Positions 11,301 through 22,449 are shown, counted from the first letter of the stretch. The stretch is 64,000 nucleotides of DNA from Vicinamibacteria bacterium (GCA_963668695.2 CAXXLQ010000004.1:2464001-2528000); one strand, 5' to 3'. Made by a program: numbers and translations. Notes: generated by a model from the letters alone, not told the origin.

Positions 11301-12152
11301 CGCCATGGAACGGACCAGCCAGTTGGGCCTGGTTCCCGGCGGGTCCTTCGGAAGCGAGCGGTAGAGCTTCTCGATCATGAAGAGGGAAGGGATCTCTTCG
11401 TCGCCCGAACCTCCCGGTTTCTCCACGATGTCCTCGACCGCCGTCCCGGCATGCCAGGACCGGCGCTTCCAGGGGGCCTCGAAGGGCCGGTAGTCGAGAA
11501 GGCGCCTTCCCGCCTCCCGGAGGACCTCGAGCGGACTCACGGCGGGGTTCCGGCTGCGGCGCAGCAGCCGCGCGATTCCCGGGCCGGGGTTTTCCAGTTG
11601 CCGGTCCACGAAGCGGCGAAAAACCCGGTCGAAGAAAGCCCGCTGATCCGCGTCGGTCAAGATCTGGAAATCCGGATCCACTCCCGCCTCGATGGGCCGC
11701 TCCCGCAGGACCGTGGCGCAAAAGGCGTGGATGGTCCCGATGGATGCTTCTTCGAGCTGGGAAAGCGCCACCTCGAGCCGCTCTCTCCGTGCCCCCGCAT
11801 CGGGGTCCCTTTCCTCGTCTTCGATACGGGACTCGAGTCCCTGCCGGATTCGCAGCCGCAACTCCCCGGCGGCCTTCTCCGTGAAAGTGATGGCGGCAAT
11901 CTGTCCTATCCGGGCGGTGCCGGCGGCGACCATCTCCACCACTCTGCTGACCACCGAGGTGGTCTTGCCGGTGCCGGCCGCGGCCTCCACGATCAGCGTG
12001 GTGTCGTGGTCCCGGCGGATGCGCTCCCGCTCGGCCAGGTCCGGGAGCCGGGGCGGCCGCTTGGGGAGCTGCGCGGGCTTTTTGGGGAGCTGCGCTGGCT
12101 GGCGCGGTGCTCCCGCGCCGGGGAGGGGCGGGAGATCCGTTGTCCGGTTCAT
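8389..12152 (-). CDS. addA: AddA-like UvrD helicase / PD-(D/E)XK nuclease; three frameshifts (~10809, ~9990, ~8990)
   Basis: EAAAGTGKT, TFTEKAA, VDEYQDT, GDPKQSIYRFR, TTHTAKGLEF, YVSLTRA, GVADL..VDFKTD distributed across consecutive ORFs. Confidence 0.8.
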
Positions 12153-12183
12153 CGCGCCGTTTCGCGGCGGCCGGGACCCAGGC

Positions 12184-15100
12184 TCATGGCAGGCTCCGGA
12201 TCTGGACGACTTCGTCGAGGGCGGCAGCGAATCCGGCCCGGGCCTTCGTTCGCGCGTGATTCGCGGGCCGCGGACCGCATACCGGCAGGTAGTCGCAGTA
12301 GTCACACACCCGGTAGGAAACCCCGGGGTTCGGCAGTGCGGGAAAGCGTCCATTGCGGGTCGCCCGGTCGAGGCCGTCGACGAACGCCTCGAAGACGGCC
12401 CGGGATTCCTCGCTGGCGGCGTCCACCACGGTCTCCAGGTAGGTCCCCCGAATGGTCGCGTAGTAGAGCCGGCCGGACGCCGTAGGCGTTCCGGAAAGGG
12501 CCTCGTAGGCGAGCGCGTAGAGGAGCGGCTGCAGGGCGCGCCCACCGAAGAGGATTCGTTGCTGCCGGGTGGTTTCGATCGACGCCCGCCCCGTCTTGTA
12601 GTCGGTGATCTGGATCGCTCCGTCCGCGAGTCGTTCCACCACGTCAATCGAACCGTGGAGCCGGAGCCCGCCGGGAAGCACCGCCGCCTCGGTGCGGCTG
12701 GCCGGGTCGGCAGGCTGCCTCGCCCCCATCCCGAACGTGAGTTCGTTCGCGAGCGGCATGCGTCCGGTAGCCGCGTAGCGCTGCAGGAAGCCCCTCAAAT
12801 CGCCGAGCAGTCCGTCCATCTGATCCTGCCAGATGCGGTCGATGGCGGGGGCTACCCGCTCCCTCACCTCTTCCTCGACCCGCCAGAAGACCGTCTCCAG
12901 CATCGCGAAAGCCTCACTCAGCCGCCCCTCGGCCAGCGGAGCGAGGTTTCGCTCCCGGAATTCGCGACCCAGGTGGAAGAACACGTCGTGCAGAAGCGAA
13001 CCCCGCGTCAACGGATCGAGATGAAGAAGGGCCTCCGGACGCTCGATGGGGCGTAGGCGGACGATGTTCTTGAGGAAGAACTGGTAAGGACACGACGCGT
13101 AAGCCTCGAGGCCGGTCACGGAAAAGGAGCGGTTCCCGGGCCGGTGTCGTTCCAGCGCCGCGAGCGCTTCCGGGTCGGGGTTCAGGAAGCCGTCGGGGGA
13201 CTGCCATTTCCACTGCTGGCGCATGTACTCCTGGCGGAGGGAGCGCGCCACCGCCGGGTCGGAGAGCAGGTAGGCCGCGGTCCCGGCGCCGGCGCCGCCT
13301 GCTTCCGGTCTTCCGAGAGCTCCAGCGACCCGCCCGAGATCGAACTCGCGGCGATCGATCGCGTAGGACGGGTTGCGTGGCGCGCGGATCCCGCGGACTA
13401 CCTGGCTCTCCTTGCCTGCCTGGGCTCGGATTTCGGCGAGGGTGGGGATCTTCCCGAGGCCCGCCCGGAAGGCTTCCGCGAGGTAGTACGACGGAACCTG
13501 GGGGCGGCCTTCGACCAGGTTCAGCGAGGAATAGCTGAGGATGAGTTTCCGGGTGGCCGCTCCCACCGCAATCCGGAGCCGGAGACGCTCGCGCTCGGCG
13601 AGATCGCTGCGCACCGGCAGGTCCGCCGAGATCGCGCCGCGTTGCCGGTCGAGGAGCATGGGGTCTTCGCGGATCACGCGAGGGAACGCCCGCTCGGAAA
13701 GGCCGGGCACCGCCACCACGTCGAAGGTGAGGCCGCGCGCCGCATCGATGGGGCCCACCCACACCCGGCCGTAGCGGTCGCCCCGGGAGCGGGTCACCAC
13801 TTCAGCGAGGCGCCGCGCCAGACTCTCCCGCACCTCGTCGAGGGTGACTTCGTTCACGTCTCGCATCGGGTCCGTCTCGGCGAGGCATTCGAGGACCCCC
13901 TCGGGGTGGAGCAGCGCGGCGCGGGCCAACTCCGCGAGCTGGCGCGTCCATTCGTAAAAGCCCGCGTGGGGGGTGGGGAAAGCGGCCAGCCGATGCAGGA
14001 TGGGCAGGGCCGTCTCGGTCAGCCGGCGAAGATCCCGCCGGCGCCGGCGCACCGCTTCCCGCCTCGATTCATCCGATTCCGCCTCTTCGTCCCGCTGGAG
14101 TTGTCGCTCGAAACGGGCAAGCCGCCCTTCCCAGCGGTCAAGACCCCCGATCACCTCGGAATCCAGGATGAGTCGTTCCCACCTCCGGGGAGCCACAAAA
14201 CCCGTGTTTTCCTCCGCCTCCGTCCCCCGGGCGCCGGCCCCGATGTCTTCCGTCGGACTGGCTTCCGTCGGACTGGCTTCCGTCCGACTGGCCGGCGTCT
14301 CTCCGAGGGAGAGGTATTCCGCGAATCGCGTGGCGGAGAGGCCCTCCCGGGCGCAGTCGAGGAGCACCAGGAAGGCGCGCCCCGCGGGGTGTGGCCGCCG
14401 GGCGCCGGCCTCGAAGAAGGCGGGGATTTCTGCGCGTTCGAATGCTTCCTGGAATGCCGAGGCCTGGTTCGCCGGCTCGGGAAGCAGGACCGCCATCCGG
14501 TCGAAGGGGATCCCGTCGGCCGCCTCGGCCAGGAAGGCGCGCGCGTGCTCGATCGCCTCCGCCGCCGTCCCCGGCGCGGCGACTACCGAGAGGCCCCGGC
14601 GCCCAGTACCCGGATCCGGCCGCCGGGTGGCGAACAGGTGGCGTTGCGCGGAGGCGACGGCATCGTCTTGCGAGGTGTCGCCAAAGTCCCTTTCGGCAGC
14701 TGGTAGCGGTAGGGCTCCCAGCGCCAGCGGCTCCCAGCGGCAGGGCTCCCAGCGGCAGGGTTCCCGGCGCCACGGCTCCCGGCGGCATGGTTCCCGGCGC
14801 CAGGGTTCCCGGCGCCACGGCTCCCGGCGGCATGGTTCCCGGCAGGGGCGGCGTTCCCAGCGGCAGGGCTCCCAGCGGCAGGGCTCCCAGCGCCAGGGCG
14901 GCTTCCTCGGTGTGCCGGTCTCCCTCGGGCAGGGTCAGGAACACCTCGGATGCTGCCGCTGCCAGGGCTGCGGCGAAACGGCGGGAAGCCTGGTCCACGA
15001 GCGGCACGTCCAGGAGCAGCAACGGCAGCCCGACCGGAAGGCCGGCGCCGTTCGTGATCGCTCGTCGAGCGGACTCGAACGTTTCGGCCCGGTCCGCCAG

Positions 15101-15589
15101 CTTCACTTCGGCCAGCGTCTCCAAGTAGGCGCGGTAGAGCCTTCCGAGCGACTCCTCCGCGGCTCCGACCTCGTCAGCGGTGACGCCGGCCAACCGCAGT
15201 TCATCGAACGTCGAGGCAAGCCGGACCGCAAGCCCGGGACCCTGGGCGGCCTCTTCGAAGCGTCCGAGCTCGCCGGCCCGCCGGGCCCGGTGGATGATCC
15301 GGACCACGGCGGCGAGCCGCGCGGCGGGGGTGAGCGTCCTGAGTTCCCGCGCCGCCAGCTCCGGCCGGGCCAACTGCTGCGCGAGGACGAACAGCCCGAA
15401 GCGAAACGCGCCGAAGAGCCCGCCCTGATGGCCTCGCCCCTCCGCCGCCTCATGCACCAGTCGGTCCGCCGCGTGGCGGGACGCTCCCACCACCAGGAAC
15501 GGGTTTCCCGCGCCCAGCCCCTCGAGAAACCGAACGGCCGCCGCGGTCCGCACGGCGGCCCGCGGACTCTTGATGAATCGCCTCTGCAC
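12184..15589 (-). CDS. addB: AddB-like PD-(D/E)XK nuclease subunit; frameshift near 14690
   Basis: SVTGLEAYASCPYQFF, GSIDVV..TDYKTG, C-terminal CDYCDYLPVC Fe-S cysteines; lies directly upstream of addA. Confidence 0.78.
14713..14895. repeat. 15-bp tandem repeat tract inside addB (PLGAL/PGTMP-type units)
   Basis: Units GCTCCCAGCGGCAGG / TTCCCGGCGCCACGG repeated about 12 times. Confidence 0.85.
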
Positions 15590-15596
15590 CGCGCCC

Positions 15597-15602
15597 ACTA
15601 TA
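15597..15602 (-). promoter_or_regulatory. -10 box TATAGT, 7 nt before the addB GTG (leaderless-type)
   Basis: Minus strand reads TATAGT gggcgcg GTG. Confidence 0.45.
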
Positions 15603-15646
15603 GAACCGAACCCCGACAAATTCCGTCGTGCCGGGACGTGGGGGTG

Positions 15647-16684
15647 TCAGGCGCGGGGAAGCCCGCGGGTTGCAGCACGAAAGAGCAGCTTGAGGCCGAA
15701 GTCCCAGCGGGCCATTACGCTCGTGAGAACAAGGGCGGCGCCCGCGCTCAGCCGGGACACCCGCACGTTCCGGCCGAGCCGGAAGCTGCGCTCGCTGTGC
15801 ACGCGCCGGAGCGCCAGAACGGCCAATCCGAGCGCCCAGAGCAGATGCCGCCGGATACCGGCTTCCCGAGCCGGAATGAGCAGGATGAATTCGAGGGCGT
15901 GCCCGAGGTGGCGCCGGGTGATCGCCACCAGCCGCGACAGTCCTTCGTCGAAACCGGGGCCGCCGCCCCCGGCCGAGAGATCGCGCAGATCGAAGCCCGC
16001 GGCGTCGAAGACGTCGCGGGGGAGCCAGCAGGAGCCCCTCGCCCAGTCATCCCACACATCCTTGAGGATGTTGGCCATCTGGAGTCCCTGGGCGTGCGAT
16101 GTCGCGAGCGCCAGCAACTCCTCGCGGCGCCGCTCGACTTCCGCGGAGTAATCGCCGAACAGGTCCACGAGCAACTCGCCGACCACCCCGGCGGCGAAAT
16201 AGCAGTAGCGGTCGAGCTGGCGCATGTCCTCGAGGCCGACGGAGGGCGTGTCCTGCTGGAACTCGACCATGCCGTTCGACATGGTCCGGATGCAGCGTTC
16301 GATGGCCGTTCGCTGCCTCGGACGAAACCCTGCCGTCACGCGGACGATGCGAGCCGTGTTGGCCGCGAGGTCGTGCTCCGGCTCCGGGGTCGCCGGCGAC
16401 AGCGCCGCCGAGAGGTCGCGTGCGAAGGATGCGGCGTCGTCCCGGCCGGACACCACCTCGACGAAGCGCTCCCAGAGCGACTGCTTCCGGTGGAGGGAAA
16501 GTTCAGGTTCGTCTTCGATGGTGTCCGCAATCCGGCACAGCAGATAGGCGTTTCCCACCACCTCCCGCAGGCCCTCGGGCAGCACGGGAATCGTGAGCGC
16601 GTAGGTTCGCGAAACGGACAGGAGAATCCTTGTCTGATAGGCGAGATCACCCGCGCTTCCGCTGCGCGACGGATCCTTGTTCAT
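15647..16684 (-). CDS. Squalene/phytoene synthase family protein (squalene synthase-like)
   Basis: VSRTYAL, YLLCRIADTIEDE, RYCYFAAGVVGELL, GLQMANILKDVWDD. Confidence 0.88.
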   Translation of the reverse strand: MNKDPSRSGSAGDLAYQTRILLSVSRTYALTIPVLPEGLREVVGNAYLLCRIADTIEDEPELSLHRKQSLWERFVEVVSGRDDAASFARDLSAALSPATPEPEHDLAANTARIVRVTAGFRPRQRTAIERCIRTMSNGMVEFQQDTPSVGLEDMRQLDRYCYFAAGVVGELLVDLFGDYSAEVERRREELLALATSHAQGLQMANILKDVWDDWARGSCWLPRDVFDAAGFDLRDLSAGGGGPGFDEGLSRLVAITRRHLGHALEFILLIPAREAGIRRHLLWALGLAVLALRRVHSERSFRLGRNVRVSRLSAGAALVLTSVMARWDFGLKLLFRAATRGLPRA

Positions 16685-16708
16685 CGGGAGGCCCCGGGAA
16701 GAGCTGTA

Positions 16709-17196
16709 ACAGTCGGTGGACAAAGTGACGTGAGTACCGAGACCGGTGAGGCCCAGTTCTCCCGGTGGGGGCGAGGCGCCCGGCTGACAAGGCGCGCGAG
16801 GGAGGAGCCCCCACCGGGAGAACTGGCCCGAGTGTATTTCGACCGAAGCGCAACGATGAGCGACGCGGTGAACAGCCGGTGGTGGAACCCGCGTGAGCGC
16901 CGAGGCCGGCCAGTTCTCCCGGTGGGGGCGAGGCCCAGTTCTCCCGGTGGGGCCAGTCCTCCCGGTGGGGGCCCGGCTGACAAGGCGCGTGAGAGAGGAG
17001 CCCCCACCGGGAGAACTGGCCCGGGTGTATTTCGACCGAAGCGCAACGATGAGCGGCGCGCAGCGACGCGGTTCAGCCGGGATGGATCGCCGGCCGAGCC
17101 CCCACCGGGAGAACTGGGCCGCGTGGGTTTCATCGCCGGTTGTTTGGCCGGGATGCATCGCCGGTCGGATGCCGCGTGACTTCGTCCACAGGCTGT
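16709..17196. mobile_element. Nested MITE composite, inverted sister of 2583..3053, with seven 20-mers
   Basis: Same junctions (CCCGGCCAAACA and CGGCTGTTCACCGCGTCG on the reverse strand) and the same TIRs. Confidence 0.8.
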
Positions 17197-17239
17197 TCAG
17201 GTTTCGCTCCCTGCCGTCCAGCTCGGGGACGGACTACTA

Positions 17240-17493
17240 ACAGCCTGTGGTGGAACCCGGGTGAGCGCCGAGACCGGCCAGTTCTCCCGGTGGGGGCGAG
17301 GCCCAGTTCTCCCGGTGGGGGTCCGGCTGACAAAGCGCGTGAGGGAGGAGCCCCCACCGGGAGAACCGGCCCGGGTGTATTTCGACCGAAACGCAACGAA
17401 GAACGGAGCGAAGCGGAGTGGTTCAGCCGGGATGGATCGCCGGGCGAGCCCCCACCGGGAGAACTGGGCCGCCTGGGTTTCACCACAGGTTGT
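17240..17493. mobile_element. MITE with four 20-mers
   Basis: TA|ACAGCCTGTGG...CCACAGGTTGT|TA. Confidence 0.82.
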
Positions 17494-17495
17494 TA

Positions 17496-17663
17496 AGTCT
17501 GCGTGTCGTCGGAATGCACTTTGGGGGGCAGGCGGTAGGAGATCAGGGGATCGCGCAGGCGCGAGTTGTCCACGAAGGTGTATCGGTCCACTTTCGCCTT
17601 CGCCTCCCACGCCGGAACCAGACCGTCCTCGACGGAAGTCCCGTCGGCCCCGCGACCCTCCTC
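17496..17663 (-). pseudogene. 3' remnant of an MpaB/DUF2236-like oxygenase paralog between two MITEs
   Basis: TFVDNSRLRDPLISYRLPPKVHSDDTQT resembles QLLQISVYDDDGVSYKMPDHVKTAQQSPW at the end of 18176..19033. Confidence 0.45.
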
Positions 17664-17665
17664 TA

Positions 17666-17920
17666 GCAGCCGGTGGATAAAGTGGTGTGAGCGCCGAGAG
17701 CGGCCAGTCCTCCCGGTGGGGGCGAGGCCCAGTTCTCCCGGTGGGGGTCCGGCTGACAAGGCGCGCGAGGGAGGAGCCCCCACCGGGAGAACTGGCCCGA
17801 GTGTATTTCGACCGAAGCGCAACGATAGAGCGACGCGAAACGGAGTGTTTCAGCCGGGATGCATCGCCGGTCGAGCCCCCACCGGGAGAACTGGGCCGCA
17901 TGACTTTGTCCACAGGCTGC
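17666..17920. mobile_element. MITE with four 20-mers
   Basis: TA|GCAGCCGGTGG...CCACAGGCTGC|TA. Confidence 0.82.
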
Positions 17921-17995
17921 TAAGCGGCCCCGGCCCGGCGTTCGGGCGACCCGTGCGGCGACCGTTCTACCGCGGGGGACTGTCGACCGGGCTTA

Positions 17996-18176
17996 ACAGC
18001 CTGTGGCAAAACCCACGCGGCGTTCGGCCGGCGATGCATCCCGCCCGAACCACTCCGCTTCGCTCCGTTCTTCGTTGCGTTTCGGTCGAAATACACCCGG
18101 TATTCCTCCCTCACGCGCCTCGTCGGACGGGCGCCTCACCGACCTCGGCGCTCACGTGAGTTTCACCACAGGCTGT
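17996..18176. mobile_element. MITE, empty form (no 20-mer)
   Basis: TA|ACAGCCTGTGG...CCACAGGCTGT|TA; the right end supplies the TAA of the oxygenase gene. Confidence 0.85.
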
Positions 18177-19033
18177 TACCACGGCGACTGTTGCGCCGTC
18201 TTGACATGGTCGGGCATCTTGTAGCTCACTCCGTCGTCGTCGTACACCGAGATCTGGAGAAGCTGGGTGAAATTGTGTGCCCGAACCTTCTGACTTCCCG
18301 CCAAAGTGCGCAGAACACGCTGTTTCGTCCGGTACTTGAAGAGCGTTCCCCGGTCCCACCAGGCCCTGGGCGGGAAATGAAATGCCCCGGCGAGATCCTC
18401 TCCGATGAGCGCCCGCGAAAGACGGTATGCGAGACCCCGCAGCTTTTCTTGCGCGGCCTCACCCTCGACATCCGCAACGGCCGGAATCGCCTGGATCAGC
18501 ATGTTCGCCACCGCGATGGAGTCCTCGTCCGGCGGCGGCTCGCACAGATAGGCCGTCTGGTACATCCTGTCAGCGGACTCGGCGGAGGTGTAGAGGATGG
18601 TTTCCGGGATCCCCATGACATATCCGGCGTACCGCCAGACATCGAGAACGCTCTGCCCTTCCTCGTCGTTGAATTCGGCGCCCAGCAGCCTCGAGAAATC
18701 CAGCAGCCGCTTCGAGAAGACGGAGATTGCGAAGCCCAGATGCGCCGCGCTCAGTGGGACGCCCCAGGCTTCGCGATCCCATTCCTCCGAATGCGCCAGC
18801 AGGCCCCGGATGCGGGTATGGATGAAACGAATGCGGATGGACAGCTTCCATCCGTCGCCGTCCCGGCGGAGACCGGCGGGAAAGAAGATGTCCAGCATGT
18901 GGCGGTTGTTCTGCTGCAGACGTCTTCTTGTCGAGGCCACCCGCCCGGTGATGTTGAAGGACTGGGCGATCATGGTCGAAAAGCCCTCGACCAGCACTCC
19001 GGTGACGAATGCGGCCAGCGTCAGGTCCACATG
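18176..19033 (-). pseudogene. 5'-truncated MpaB/rubber oxygenase (DUF2236)-like protein
   Basis: GWKLSIRIRFIHTRIR, WDREAWGVPLSAAH, WRYAGYVMGIPE; N-terminus replaced by transposase-like sequence. Confidence 0.7.
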
Positions 19034-19250
19034 CCAGCCGCCAGTAGGTCCGCACGATCTCCTCCGTGTTCCAGTCCGTATGGCTCGACCGCAGCAGATA
19101 CGAACCCGCCCCCGCGTCCCGCGCCCCATACCGCTTCGTCCGGGTCACCCGCACCGCCGTCGCGTTGGCACCCTCCCCCTTCGTCACCTGCACCTCAACC
19201 TGCGACGACACCCCCGCATACCGCTCCCGCAGCCGGCCTGGCAGACCGGG
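19034..19250 (-). mobile_element. Internal fragment of an IS1634-like transposase
   Basis: GRLRERY...GSYLLRSSHTDWNTEEIVRTYWRL resembles the segment preceding the catalytic E of IS1634/IS4-type transposases. Confidence 0.55.
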
Positions 19251-19264
19251 CATTCCGCAGACTG

Positions 19265-22200
19265 CTAGCGCTTCAGGATGGAGGAGCCGTCGTCGGCGAG
19301 GCTGTAAAGCGCTGGCACGATGAGCAGCGTCACCAGGGTAGCGAACGCGACCCCGAACACGAGCGAGGCGGCCATCGGAATGAGGAACTGCGCCTGGATG
19401 CTGCGCTCCGCCATGAGCGGCGCGAGCCCGGCGCAGGTGGTCACCGTGGTCAGGATGATGGGGCGGAAGCGGAGCGGCCCTGCCGTGAGTACGGCCTCGC
19501 GGGTCGGCATGCCCGCGCGGCGGCTCTGGTTGATGAAGTCGAGCAGCACCAGGGCGTCGTTCACCACGATCCCGACGAGCGGCACCATGCCGAAGAAACT
19601 GGTGATGGAGAACTCCACCCCCATCACGATGTGGCCGAAGATGGCGCCCGCGAGGCCGAACGGCACGGCGGCCATGATGACGAAGGGTTGGGTCCAGGAG
19701 GAAAGGGGGATGGCGAGCAGCGCGTAGATCAGGATCAGCGCGAGCAGCAGGTTCTGACCGAGAGCCTCGAACGTCTCCGCCTGATCGCCGGCGAGGCCGG
19801 CCACTTCGAATCGAAGGTCGGGAAAACGCTCTCCGAGATCCGGAAGCACCTGGTTCTGGATGTCGGCAAGCACCGCTCCGGCGGAGGCGACACCCGGGTC
19901 CACGTTGGTGTGGACCGTCACCGCCCGCCCGCCGTCCACGCGGTGGATCGCCGCCAGCTTCTCGGTGCGGGCGAGTTCGGCCACCTCGCCGATAGGGGCC
20001 ACGCCTCCGTCGGCCCGGCGCACCCTCATCCCGGTCACGTCTTCCGGCCGCGTGCGGTCCGAATCCGGGTAGCGCAGCAGCACCCGAATTTCGTCGCGTC
20101 CGCGCTGGATCCGCTGAACCTCCTCTCCGTAGAACGCCTGGCGGATCTGGCGTCCGAACTCGGTGGCGCCGATGCCGATCCCGGCGCCGTCGCTGCGGAC
20201 GCGGGCCACCAGTTCCGGAGCGCTCCCTTCCAGGTCGTCCTTGACCGAACTGACTCCCCGGTACTCGCGGAAGAGCGTCTGCAGCACCGCCGACGCCTCG
20301 CGCAGTTCCTCCATGTCGCTCCCGCTGATCCGGATCGAGATGTCCGCTTCCTCGCCCAGCAGCGACGTCAGAATCGTCACCTCGCCGCCGTGCGGCAGCG
20401 AGCCGGTGAGACTCCGCAGCCGGTCGCCGATCTCACGGGTCGTAAAGCCGACCCGCTCCTCGGCGGCGATCAGTTCGAGCGTGAGCTGGCCGATCGTGGT
20501 TCCGGAACTCGCTATCGCCCCTCCGATGGCGCCGCCCGGGCCGAAGGGAAGCCGCTGACCCACGAGCGCCGTCAGGTTCCGCAGCGGGTCCACGCCGTGA
20601 TCGTCCCGGACTTCTTCCCGGATCCGGAGAATCGCCGCTTCGACTTCTCCGACAACTTCCGCGGTGGCGTTCGCCGAGGAGCCGGGCGGGAGCGAAACCT
20701 GCACGGTGATCACGTCGCTGTCGAACGGCGGCGTGGTCTCCACCGGCACCCAGCCGCCGCCCACCAGCCCCATGGCCAGCGCCAGCGCCAGGATCCCGAG
20801 GGCGACCGTCGCCAGCCGGTTCCCGAGCGACCACCCCAGGGCGGGGCGGTAGAGGGTTTCGATAGTCCAGTCCAGGGCGCTCTGGAATCCGGCCCGGATG
20901 CGCGCGAGCCGGAGGTTGGGCCGCACGCCGAGTCTCCCGTGCGCCATGTGGTGGGGGAGGATCCAGGCGGCGTCCAGCAGCGAGAAGGCGAGCACCGGGA
21001 TGACGATGCGGGGGAGCGTCCCCATGAGTTCGCCCCAGATACCGGGCAGGCCCAGGAGCGGCGCGAACGCGGCCATGGTGGTCAGGACCCCGAAGGCGGC
21101 GGGGAAGAGCACCTGCCGCACCCCCTTGACGGCCGCCGCTTCGACGCCCGTTTTCGCGGCGGAGACATGGCGCTGCACGTTCTCCCCCACCACGATGGCG
21201 TCGTCGACCACGATCCCGAGGGTCAGGATGAACCCGAACAGGCTGAACATGTTCACGGTGACCCCGAGTCCGGGCATCATCAGGAAGGCGCCGAAGAACG
21301 CCACCGGAAGTCCAGCGGCGGTCCAGACGGCGAGCCGGCTCGACAGCGTGAAGAAGAGGACCAGGAAGATCAGCGCCAGCCCCTGGAGCCCGTTCCGGAC
21401 CAGTACGTCCATGCGGCTCTCGAAGAGCCGCCAGGCATCGAACCAGGGGGTGACGGCGAGCCCTTCCGGCAGAGCGCGTTCGAGCTCGCGGACCTCGGCA
21501 TGGACCGCGCTCGCGGTGTCGAGGAGATGGGCGCCGCTCGCCAGCATCACTTCGAGCAGCACCGCGGGTTCCCCGTTCATTCGCGCCACCCGCTCCACGT
21601 CCGCGAAGCCGTCGGTGACGACCGCCACGTCTCCGACGGTGACCACGCCGCCGCCGGGCGCGGCGATCAGGGGAATCCTCGCGAAATCGTCCGCGGTCGC
21701 CGCTTCCGCCTCGGTGCTCAGCCGCAGTTCGCCGCTCGCGGAGCGAAGCGCGCCGCCCGGAATGTCCGCCGAACCCCGGCGAATCGCCGCCGCCACCCGG
21801 TCAAATGTGAGCCCGAACCGGGTGAGGACGTCCTCCGAGATCTCGATCGAGATCTCGTAGTCCCTCCCGGTAGCGATATCCACCGTCGCCACCCCGGGAA
21901 TGGGGGTGAGCGCGTCCCGCACCCGGTGCGCGACCTCGGTGAGGGTCCGCTCGTCGGCCTCTCCGTGGACCGCGATCCGCAGCAGCAGCGCGTCCGGCGT
22001 CACCTCCGAGATCACCGGTTCCTCGGCATCCGCCGGCAGGGTCGTGAGGGACTCCACCCGTTCCCGGATTTCGTCGCTGACGGTCCGGAAGTCGGCCCAG
22101 CGCTCGACCTCGACGGTGAGCATCCCGAGTCCCTCGGTCGCGAGTCCGACGGTCTCCTTGACGCCCGAGATTTCGCTGAGCGCCTCTTCGAGTCCCAGCA

Positions 22201-22429
22201 GGATGCTGTCCTCGATCACCTCGGCGCCGGCGCCCGGGAAGACGGTGCGGATGGTGAGGGCCGAGGACTGGGTCTTCGGGATCATCTCCTGCGGGACGCC
22301 GCCGACGGTGAGCAGGCCGCCGAGTGAGATCCCGAGCAGCATCAGGTTCGCCGCGACCCGGTTCCGTACGAACCACCCGATCACGCCGGATACGGGCTCG
22401 GCGCCCGGAGGAAGGGAGCGCGGGGCCAA
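19265..22429 (-). CDS. RND efflux permease (AcrB/AcrD/AcrF family)
   Basis: 1054 aa; GIVVDDAIVVGEN, GIVVNDALV, RFRPIILT. Confidence 0.93.
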   Translation of the reverse strand: MAPRSLPPGAEPVSGVIGWFVRNRVAANLMLLGISLGGLLTVGGVPQEMIPKTQSSALTIRTVFPGAGAEVIEDSILLGLEEALSEISGVKETVGLATEGLGMLTVEVERWADFRTVSDEIRERVESLTTLPADAEEPVISEVTPDALLLRIAVHGEADERTLTEVAHRVRDALTPIPGVATVDIATGRDYEISIEISEDVLTRFGLTFDRVAAAIRRGSADIPGGALRSASGELRLSTEAEAATADDFARIPLIAAPGGGVVTVGDVAVVTDGFADVERVARMNGEPAVLLEVMLASGAHLLDTASAVHAEVRELERALPEGLAVTPWFDAWRLFESRMDVLVRNGLQGLALIFLVLFFTLSSRLAVWTAAGLPVAFFGAFLMMPGLGVTVNMFSLFGFILTLGIVVDDAIVVGENVQRHVSAAKTGVEAAAVKGVRQVLFPAAFGVLTTMAAFAPLLGLPGIWGELMGTLPRIVIPVLAFSLLDAAWILPHHMAHGRLGVRPNLRLARIRAGFQSALDWTIETLYRPALGWSLGNRLATVALGILALALAMGLVGGGWVPVETTPPFDSDVITVQVSLPPGSSANATAEVVGEVEAAILRIREEVRDDHGVDPLRNLTALVGQRLPFGPGGAIGGAIASSGTTIGQLTLELIAAEERVGFTTREIGDRLRSLTGSLPHGGEVTILTSLLGEEADISIRISGSDMEELREASAVLQTLFREYRGVSSVKDDLEGSAPELVARVRSDGAGIGIGATEFGRQIRQAFYGEEVQRIQRGRDEIRVLLRYPDSDRTRPEDVTGMRVRRADGGVAPIGEVAELARTEKLAAIHRVDGGRAVTVHTNVDPGVASAGAVLADIQNQVLPDLGERFPDLRFEVAGLAGDQAETFEALGQNLLLALILIYALLAIPLSSWTQPFVIMAAVPFGLAGAIFGHIVMGVEFSITSFFGMVPLVGIVVNDALVLLDFINQSRRAGMPTREAVLTAGPLRFRPIILTTVTTCAGLAPLMAERSIQAQFLIPMAASLVFGVAFATLVTLLIVPALYSLADDGSSILKR

Positions 22430-22449
22430 AGCGGAACCTGGGCCTGCGA

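Noticed and set aside
16709-17920. CRISPR array formed by the recurring 20-mer
   Set aside because: Both orientations occur, spacing is irregular, the intervening sequences are themselves repeated MITE backbone, and no cas genes are present.
18191-22327. 1378-aa plus-strand ORF and similar long ORFs (13973..17179, 5' part of 23787..27086, 25287..27278)
   Set aside because: These are antisense or alternate-frame shadows of real genes in high-GC DNA.
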